Origin: Balanoglossus misakiensis
Taxonomy: Eukaryota; Animalia; Hemichordata
NCBI GenBank assembly: GCA_040954595.2
Contig: CM082585.2
Span: 510,814 to 574,813 of the forward strand
Direction of reading: 5' to 3'
DNA length: 64,000 nt
The first letter of the stretch is position 1. The number at the start of each line of letters is the position of its first letter. A program made the position numbers and the translations under genes. Under the pieces are notes generated by a model, which searched no databases, was not told where the DNA came from, and saw nothing but the letters and a program-made list of their open reading frames with translations. This document shows, piece by piece, positions 55,179 through 64,000 of this stretch.

Positions 55179-55542
55179 AAGAAAAACCTTCATATGCAAG
55201 AGAAAAATGGTAAATGACAAAGAAAATTTGACTGGTATTACAATAGGTCGGGTTTTTGGCATTTACACAAATTGATGTTATCAACCGGGAAGCACACTAC
55301 GTGCTGAAAATAATTGGAGACCTCTCGCCCGGGGTGTCGGCCAGTGGCCACATACATTTCCAGTCCTAAACCTTGCATCAGTTCTGTGGTGCGGATTAAG
55401 AAATAAGATTGGCGCTACAATATGCCCACTTAGTTTGAAATGGATTCTGCATATATACATGTAAACACATTGAAAATGAGATATTACACATATAATCATG
55501 GGACAAGAAGGGCAAAAATTAAATTATCCAGCAGGTGTTCGA

Positions 55543-56200
55543 ATTATGCAAATTAGAACAGTTGTCTAATATTGCCATGTCAACCACGTTGAAATTGTTT
55601 TAGGTACCCATATTAAATAAAACCGTGAAAATGCGATATTACACACCATATAAGACAAACCAGGGAAATTTACATGTTAGAGAAGTTTGTCGGCCATTTT
55701 GGATTATGCAAATTAGAACAGTTGTCTAATATTGCCATGTCAACCACGCTGAAATTGTTTTAGTTACCCATATTGATGAAAACCCTGCAAATGCGATTTT
55801 AGGCACCATATAAGACAAAACAGGGAAATTTACATTTAAGAAGAGTTTGGTGGCCATTTTGGATTATGCAAATTAGAACAGCTGTCTAATATTGCCATGT
55901 CAACGACGTTGAAATTGTTTTAGGTACCCATATTGATGAAAACCCTGCAAATGCGATATTACACACTATTAAAGACAACCATAGTAAATTTACATGTTAG
56001 AGAAGTTTGTCGGCCATTCTAGATTATGCAAATTAGAACAGCTGTCTAACATTGCAATGTCAACCACGTTGAAATTGTTTTAGGTACCCATATTGATGAA
56101 AACCCTTCAAATGCGATACTACACGCTATTTAAGACGACCATAGGAAATTTACATGTTAGAGGAGTTTGGCGGCCATTTTGGACTATGCAAATGAGAAGT
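55543..56200. repeat. 160-bp tandem repeat, 4 full copies plus a partial one
   Basis: ATTATGCAAATTAGAACAG at 55543, 55703, 55863 and 56023; degenerate copy at 56183. Confidence 0.93.
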
Positions 56201-56979
56201 GTTGAACAAAAAATGCCATATTTGCAATGCTGTTGTCTTGTTTTGGGTGCCTATGTTAAGGCTTGAAAATGAAAGCTTATTCACCATTTTGGCACAAACA
56301 GTGGCGAGAAGGTGTTCCAATGTAACTTAGAAGAGTTGCCATATTTGCAATACAGTTATATTGTTTAAGGTATGAATGCAAATCCTGAATATTAGATTTA
56401 TAACAATTTCATTGGAAAGAACATTTGTAGGTTCATCATTGACCCCATAGGACTGTCAACTCGACTACAGACAGTCTCGATGAACACAAGACATGATCCC
56501 AATTTGCAAGCTGAGTTGAAACTGACTGCTGCAGTAACTTTAGCTCTGGGAATGTCTTGTGTGATTTAAAGCAATTGATGACCAAATTTAACACAGTTTC
56601 TCTGAGGTAACCACTTAGCTTTCGTGACTGGTTGTTTAAGAATCCAAAAAACATGAATTCTACCCAATGAATTCAACCCTTAGAATTTCACAACTGTAAC
56701 AGAGTTTGCAGTCATGCACAAAAGTGTGTATCATACACATAAGAAATTTCTCACATGTATTTTTATGATGGCAATGCATTTGACTGTAAACAAACATTGA
56801 CATCAGTCAGTAGCGCTATTTTGTCAGTGAAATGGCTTCATCATCATCCCTCCAACCAAAGTTGAAACTGAGTTGCAAATATTGCACAGCTTGAAATCAT
56901 AAAATGTTGCAAAATTGAACCAACAGTTCGGTCAATGATCAAGTTCTTACAGCTATTATTAGAACCAGACAATCTCAGC

Positions 56980-57384
56980 GAACAAGAGACATGGGCCTTA
57001 TTTGCAAGCCTGCCCACGGACGCCCCAGTTTCAGCAAAAATTATTGCATTAAACTGTGAGTATGGAGAACTATGCTCTGTGTTCCTTTTGTTAGCTTACA
57101 TAGCTGTTGTCATTCTAGTTTTTCCTCTGTCCTGTGAACAGAGTTTCAGTTGCGAAAACCGACAGTTCTCAAAGTACAAAAGTACACCTAAATTGCCTCG
57201 GTGATGAGCATGCAGAATTTATCTGATGCTTTTTACTGGCACAAGGACCCCACCAGTTGCAGATTGTCAATTCCATGGCACAAGGGAATTTACGCTTTGC
57301 GTTCAAATATAAATAATTAAAACCTGTTTAATTTTTCTATATGTTCTTTAGTGATGATTCAAAAGTATTATGACTGCTAGTGTG
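56980..57384 (+). mobile_element. Degenerate hAT/ZNF862-like transposase C-terminal remnant (copy 1)
   Basis: Peptide LLLAYIAVVILVFPLSCEQSFSCENRQFSKYKS resembles the hAT dimerisation motif (P-S---CERSFS--N----K-R). Inverted homologous copy at 63577-64000. Confidence 0.5.
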
Positions 57385-58641
57385 ATTAATATTCTATTTT
57401 CAAAATGTGTTTCTCTTAATGATTATGAATACATCAAAATTTATGCTTTAAAATTAAATCATTTTACCTGAAATATTGCAAATATTTGGAGGGTTGCATT
57501 TAATTTGAAGTTCTCGATCAAAGTTTTAGGCATAAAAAAGGTGCTACACCCCCGAAAAATTGGTAGCTATGAATTCAATTCAAAGAGTGTTGTAATGTCT
57601 GTTTTGCAACAGGGTGCCAGTTCAACAAAGCGCATGAGGATAGTAAATCACCTTTGTGAATTTTGTGCACCACAGTAAGAATTCCGTAGAAACTGCAAAC
57701 TAAATTGCAAAGCAATCAGACAAAAATGGCAGAAATTGCCAAAAAAACAAAAACAATATTGTCACTTCCATCACTGGGTTTGTTAAATTGTCATAAAATC
57801 ACACCTAAGAACATGCAAACCAAATTTTAAAAAAAATGTGGGTAGAGGTTTCTAAGTATATGACGACCAAAATCACCCCAAAAATATACTTCAAAAATGA
57901 AAAATAAAATCTGTATAAAGTCTCAATAACATAAATACACACCAATTTCTAAAGCAATCTGACCAGTACCTTCTTGAGTTTCTGAGTTTAGAACAATTTC
58001 ACATTGGTCCCAATGGTATATTGACATATACAAAATTGGACCTAAAGAGTAAAACACATTTCAAAGATTTTACAATTAAAGCCTCACAAGCTGCCAAATT
58101 TTACACATCTTTTTCCACAATAACATTTTTCAAATCATCCACCTATCCTTTAAAATCAGCACCATTGAGCCATATTACTTGAATTTGCATGGGGTTTGTC
58201 ATCTCTCTGCGATGTGTACCCTCCATATGGAGGCTGATTAAAACAGGTGTGGCGCTCGTTTAATATCTGACTTCTTTAAATTGCAACATACAGGCACATT
58301 CATTAGTCAATAAAATGTTCATGTATACCTATCAGTCAGTTTGTTTAGATGAACAAATCTAAGATGGAAAGTAATATCATGAAAATACTGAAAGATTGGA
58401 AACTCTGAGTTTGAGTCTAAGGATAACAAGGGAACCTCTCTACTATTTGACGCACCAAAGCTATGAAAAACTTCCTTCTTTCCCTCAAATATTTTTTATG
58501 AATATGTTCTACTCCGTGATTAAAATTTCCCTTTTACCAAATGTACATATGTAAGAGACGAGATTTTTTCAGCAAAATTTCAAATGGCCTAGGGTGACTT
58601 TTTACCTACTTACCCATATTGGGTAGCATGAAACACAGAAT

Positions 58642-59841
58642 GGCATACCAGTGGGTTAGAGATACAGCGTTTTATATTAACATGAATTAACATGAAACTA
58701 AAAATTTGATGGTTTACTTAGGACTGCCTTGATCCATGGTAACCTCATTAAATATGTACATATCTAATTCTAGGCTATCCAGTTGCGGTAGAAACCTGGA
58801 CATGGACAACTTTGGGGTCAAAATCTTTTGACAAAATGTTGGGTGATCTTGGGTAAACTTTGACCTACATTCCTATATCTTGGCATCCGGCACAGATACA
58901 TCCTTGACACTTGGAGTGATGGAACTGCATAATGGAGTATTATGTCTCAGCTAGTCACAGTGCTTTTGCTGTGTTTTATGTCTTTTATTCAGCCAAATTA
59001 GATGTTTTTCATTACACATTGGCTGTGTTTGCCAGTACTTTTTAGCTGGTCACACTGCCTTAACACAATGTATTCTCAAAATACTCTGCAATCTTAATGA
59101 AGCATATACAGCAGACAAAGTTGTGGTAAGACTAAACTTGCCCTTCTTTGTGATTAAAGCATGACCGGCCTGTCTTAGGTGGCCCCTACCTAGGGGCTTT
59201 ACCCGTCATTGGCTCACAGTCTGAGAAATCAGCTCTGCAGGGAAGTTAACGATGTAACCCACCATTAAAGCTTGGATTTCCGCTTTTTGTATTTGATGCC
59301 TGGCTGAGGCCTTCTTAGGATCTACCCAACGCTGAGTAGGCTATCCCGTCATTGGCACACAGTCTCAGGGAGGGAGTCAAAAGTTCAGTATACCATCAAA
59401 GCCTTTATATTGTCCATTCTTTTTAAGAGAAGGCTGGCTGCTGTAGAAAAATCTCAAATTTATCATGTCCAAAGAGCCAGACTTCCAGCCCTATTGGTTA
59501 GGCTGGCATTAGGTAAGTACATAATTAATGAGGCAAGACATAATACTCAATCAAATAGTTTTATCACTTCAAGTGTCAAGGTTGTATCTGCTCCGGATGC
59601 TAAAATATAGGAATGTAGGTCAAAGTTTACCCAAGATCACACAAATGTTTGTCAAAAGATTTTGACCCCGAAGTTGTCCATGTCAAGGTTTCTACTTCAG
59701 CTGAATAGCCTAGAATTAGATATGCACATATTTAACGAGGTTACCATTGCTCAGGGGGGTCTTAAATTAACCATCAAATTTTAGTTTCATATTAATGCAT
59801 ATTAATATAAAACACTGTATCTCTAACCCTACAGGTAAGCC
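58642..59841. mobile_element. Foldback/MITE-like element with ~300-bp imperfect inverted arms and ~590-bp spacer
   Basis: 58642-58947 is the reverse complement of 59536-59841 (e.g. GTGATCTTGGGTAAACTTTGACCTACATTCCTATAT / ATATAGGAATGTAGGTCAAAGTTTACCCAAGATCAC). No coding capacity seen. Confidence 0.8.
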
Positions 59842-60378
59842 TAGAATTAGGTACATGTACATGCGTAAGTTTTTGACAAGACAGTTAAGCTGTAATATAT
59901 GTACATGAACCTTGACAATTGACTTAAAATAACATAAAGGCAGAACTGATACTGATTGGAGATAGATATTACTAATGACAGTGATGTTAATTACACCAGG
60001 AATGTTTGTCTTAGTATACGGTAGCTAACCGACTGCTTGAGGTTAAGTAATGAAAGTGCCCACTTGCGATTCACCTTCAAATAGCTACTTAGTCTTTGGT
60101 ACATGTACATTGTTTTTCCAATGATTAGACAAAGGATATACATACATGTAATTAAGGTTGGGTAGCATTTTCAATGTAATAAGCCCTGCCTTCACTATAA
60201 TCTTACACCAAATCAACACTGTTCAGTAATGTGATAGGCTTCAAAGCGACGCTAGTTACATCATAATTCCCAGCAAGGGGTATTAGTTTATTGGGCAAGT
60301 GGCATGAGTGAGGCCAGACATTAGTTTTGGAAGCAAAGCGGACAGAACACTGCCGGGCGTAGACGAGGTAGTTCTGAA

Positions 60379-61875
60379 TAGTCCTGTTTCATAAGTCAGG
60401 TCCATGACATATGTACCGACATCTGTGATTGGTCCATCTGGTAATCTTAGGTCCAATTGAGGCACGGTGATTGGAGGGACCTTATGTGTTAGGTCTTATT
60501 ATTATGTATTATTCACTAGACCTTGTAGGTTAGGTCTTATTACTATGTATTATTCACTTTACAGCTCCCTGATTGGTTAATGTGTAGGTCTGGTCCTCCA
60601 GTGTTCACTGCCTCATTATGCAGGACCTTGTAGGTTAGGTCTTATTAACATGCATTTATTCAATTTTCAGCTCCCTGATTGGTTAATGTGTAGGTCTCCA
60701 ATTTTCACTGCCTCGTTATGCAAAGTCTTTTGTACTTTCTGAATACAGTTGTTGTATTCTGTCTGGCATGCTGCCTGCGCGTTGTCGAAGCTCGATCCCA
60801 GTGTATAAAGAAAGGCACTCATATAATGATTGGATTTAACCTTTCCTTCACTATTCATGGCATTTTTTTGTGATACTGTGAACTAGATACTCGAAATAAA
60901 ACTTGCCAGGAGAATTTTTTTATTTTATTTCCAGTGGCGGTTTGTTGAAATGGGCTAGTGTTTTGTTACGTAATGCTTTTCAGCGCATCACTTCGTGTAA
61001 CACCTGGCTGAATACGAAGTGTGTGCTATTCATTCGAGCAAACCAAAAATATCTTACAATAGAACTGTTTAGAATAGCATTGCATTTCTTTAATTGGGAT
61101 ACCTCATTAGTTGATTTACAGGTATGATTACTTTTATTGTACTTCTTTCACGAAGCTGCACCGTCATAGTTCCATTTTTATGAAAACAATATACGAATGT
61201 ATAAACGGACAACGTACTCCTTTTCACAACATCTACGTCAAAACAAATTTACTTAAATATAGTAAAACAACAATAATAATATTGATGATGAGAAGTAGGA
61301 GGGTGATTTAAGAAAATATACAACTGTTAGCAAAAATGCTTAGATGTGTTAATCAGATTTTCAAAGTCCATCTAAAAATCATTTAATCTTTCCAGGGTGC
61401 GGTTTATGTTGGAGATAGTATCAGTCAGGCTATTTCTCAGAAAATTAATGAATGATCTGCGGACATCCCGAATAATGTGTTACCACAACGCTAGCCAGGA
61501 AGCACATGGGACATTTCACAATGAGGCAGTGAACACTGGGAGACCAGACTGACACGTTAACCAATCAGGGAGCTGTATGGTGAATAAATACATATTAATA
61601 TGACCTAACCTACAAGGTCCTGTATTATGAGGCAGTGAACACATGGGGGACCAGACTGACACGTTAACCAATCAGGGAGCTGTAAAGCGAAAAATGCATA
61701 GTAATAAGACCTAACCTACAAGGTCTAGTGAATAATACATAATAATAAGACCTAACCTACAAGGTCCCTCCAATCAGCGTGCCGCAAGTGGACCTAAGAG
61801 AAGCGGATAAACCAATCAAAACATGCAATACATGTGTATAGGACGTGTAATGTAGGTCATTTTGAAACAGGACTA
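60379..61875. mobile_element. Non-autonomous foldback DNA transposon with ~340-bp modular inverted arms
   Basis: Perfect termini TAGTCCTGTTTCA (60379-60391) / TGAAACAGGACTA (61863-61875). Arms 60379-~60720 and ~61511-61875 contain mirrored internal repeats. Flanks are compatible with a TA or AAT target duplication. Confidence 0.85.
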
Positions 61876-62199
61876 ATGTGACCATGGACGTTACCACATT
61901 AGACTCTGTATTGTAAGTTTCTGAAGAATCGCAAAAAATCATCAACAGTCTACATGTACTTCAACCTTGTGAGAAGTACTGTATAACACACAGGATATAC
62001 TAGTCACTGTTGGTCAGGTTATTACACACTGTGGTCCCATCTGGGGATTACACAAAAGTAGGTATGTCTGTGTTCATGGGAAAAATCATGTGACATTGGC
62101 AAGCAGATATGGCCTACTGTAAGAACATTTCAAAGGAACCAGACTAGTATTTTAGGGAAAACAACATTCAACAATGACAAAAACTGCCTCAAACCACAT

Positions 62200-62960
62200 C
62201 TATCCAACTATCAACAAATTGTATAATATCTACTTCAATCACCACGCCTACCAAAGTTGAAAGCAATCTGACTAGTAGTTTCAAAGAATACAAATTGCAA
62301 AAATTGCCCCAAGACCACAATATGTAAATTTCACCAAAATGATATACAACATTACTTGGGTTACCTCTTGGAACAAGCATACCAAAATTTAAAAGCAATC
62401 TAAGGAGTTTCTCAGAAAATGAATTTTGACCAAAAATGACAGATTACAAATTCTGCGACAATTTAAACAAAACCAACTAAGATCACCTACCGGAAGTGTC
62501 ATACTAAATTCTAAAGAAATCAGCCAATCTCTTTAAGAGGAAAAGATTTTTTTTCAAATGGTAAAACAAGACAAAATAATTGCATAAAAAATAGACAATT
62601 CACGATATAAACTCAAAGTATATCAGGTATGATGACATTACCTACATGCATACAAATGTTCAAAGCAGTCTAACCAGTTGTTGAGTTTTGATCAATTCCA
62701 CATATTTCACAGGTTATTTGCGTATTTTTGCAATGACAACTTCATTTAAGCAAAATCCCATCTACACACCAAAATAAAAAAAGCGTGGTTTCATGTTTTG
62801 GATCAGGGCAGACATACATCCATATATACATGTAACATGCATACACACATGTACACACACACACAAACACATGCATACATGGCTGCATACATACATACAT
62901 ACATACATACATACATACATACATACATACATACATACAGAGGGAAACGGTCTGGTAATC
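62200..62960 (+). repeat. Degenerate interspersed repeat with recurring ACCAAA..TT.AAAGCAATC cores ending in a tetranucleotide microsatellite (HINE/DINE-1-like layout)
   Basis: Cores at ~62250, ~62381, ~62503 and ~62650, with similar cores at ~57700, ~57820 and ~57940, followed by a CAGACATAC...(CATA)n tail. Family assignment is inference from layout only. Confidence 0.4.
62886..62939. repeat. (CATA)13 microsatellite with a degenerate CA-rich run upstream
   Basis: Read directly; it accounts for the YVCM/HTYI low-complexity ORFs. Confidence 0.97.
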
Positions 62961-63576
62961 AATGTTGTGACACTGGCATTAGGCCTTAAACCCCGGTGCG
63001 GAAAGTACTGGGGTTCGGATTAACGTGTGTTTGTACAGTTGTTTATTTGGGAGTGGTCGTCATGCATAATAACTGTGTAATTGATCTCATGTACATAGAA
63101 AATAATTGAACACTTTACACCTCTATGCGATTGACAGCTGTTTGAATGGCGTGGTTATTGTTTCCCAGGGATGCTTCTGAAAAGCACTGAAACCAGATTT
63201 CTCCCAAAATCATCGTTGTTTCAAAAGCTCGTGTACTTTTTCATCGATAACTTTATGTTGTGTGTGTTTATAAAGCCAACCACTGTCGTTGTGTGGTGTA
63301 ATTCTTTATGCTTGGATCTGTTTGGGCCGATTTTCATAGAGCCAAGATCGTTGGTGTTGTCTGTTGTCAGTCAAACGGCATTAAGATTCGCCACTGATTT
63401 GGGGGGTCTTTTATACCACGCATCGGGGTTTAATGTTTACGATATCAGGACAATTTATATCATATGAAGTTGTATGTATTCATAATTATTCAGAGAAGCA
63501 AATTTTTAAAAATGTGAAATTGTTATCAATCGGATGTGCACTGACAGCATGCTTATATGGAATACAGGTACTCTAA

Positions 63577-64000
63577 CACAATCAGTCATAACACTTTTGA
63601 ATCATCAATAAATAACATATAGAATAATTTTACAGGATTTAATTATTTATATTTGAACGCAAAGCGTAAATTCCCTTGTGCCATGGAATTCACAATCTGC
63701 AACTGGTGGGGTCCTTCTGCCAGTAAGAAGCATCAGATAAATTCTGCATGCTCATCACCGAGGCAATTTAGGTGTACTTTTGTACTTTGAGAACTGTCGG
63801 TTTTCGCAACTGAAACTCTGCTCACAGGACGGAGGAAAAACTAGAATGACAACAGCTATGTAAGCTAACAAAAGAAACACAGAGCATAGTTCTCCATACT
63901 CATATTTTAATGCAATAATTTTTGCTGAAATTGGGGCGTCCGTGGGCAGGCAAAGGCAGTTCTAACTCAACTTGCAAATCAGGCCCATGTCTCTTGTTCC
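63577..64000 (-). mobile_element. Degenerate hAT-like remnant (copy 2, inverted), runs off window end
   Basis: Reverse complement of 56980-57384 at high identity; retains ~20 bp (TTGAGTTAGAACTGCCTTTG) missing in copy 1. Confidence 0.55.

Noticed and set aside
59160-59375. Minus-strand ATGA...AAA...GA as a SECIS element
   Set aside because: Helix II would be only 4-5 bp rather than the ~11-12 nt required between the core and the AA motif.
61605-61762. CCTAACCTA motifs as interstitial telomere repeats
   Set aside because: Fewer than two units each, embedded in transposon arm modules; not a telomeric tract.
62742-63023. YVCM/HTYI repeat ORFs
   Set aside because: Translations of the (CATA)n microsatellite.

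Overview
Eukaryotic (metazoan, probably a marine invertebrate; this is inferred only from repeat content) heterochromatin-like window with no recognisable host gene. Bases 1-38043 are an AT-rich satellite of about 206 bp (186-bp and 209-bp variants), organised in local higher-order duplications. The array runs directly into a 5'-truncated, decayed Ngaro/DIRS-type tyrosine-recombinase retrotransposon (gag, RT/RNase H, YR; 38044-~42200). Next is a spliced, 7-exon P-element/THAP9-family transposase gene (44748-49242). It has triplicated N-terminal exons, no visible THAP domain and inactivating lesions, and several CATAGACCC terminus-like motifs lie around it. The rest holds an 82/86-bp tandem array (50804-55178), a 160-bp tandem repeat, two foldback/MITE-like elements, two inverted hAT-like remnants bracketing them, and a (CATA)n-tailed interspersed repeat. 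All coordinates and alignments were read by eye; no database searches were run.
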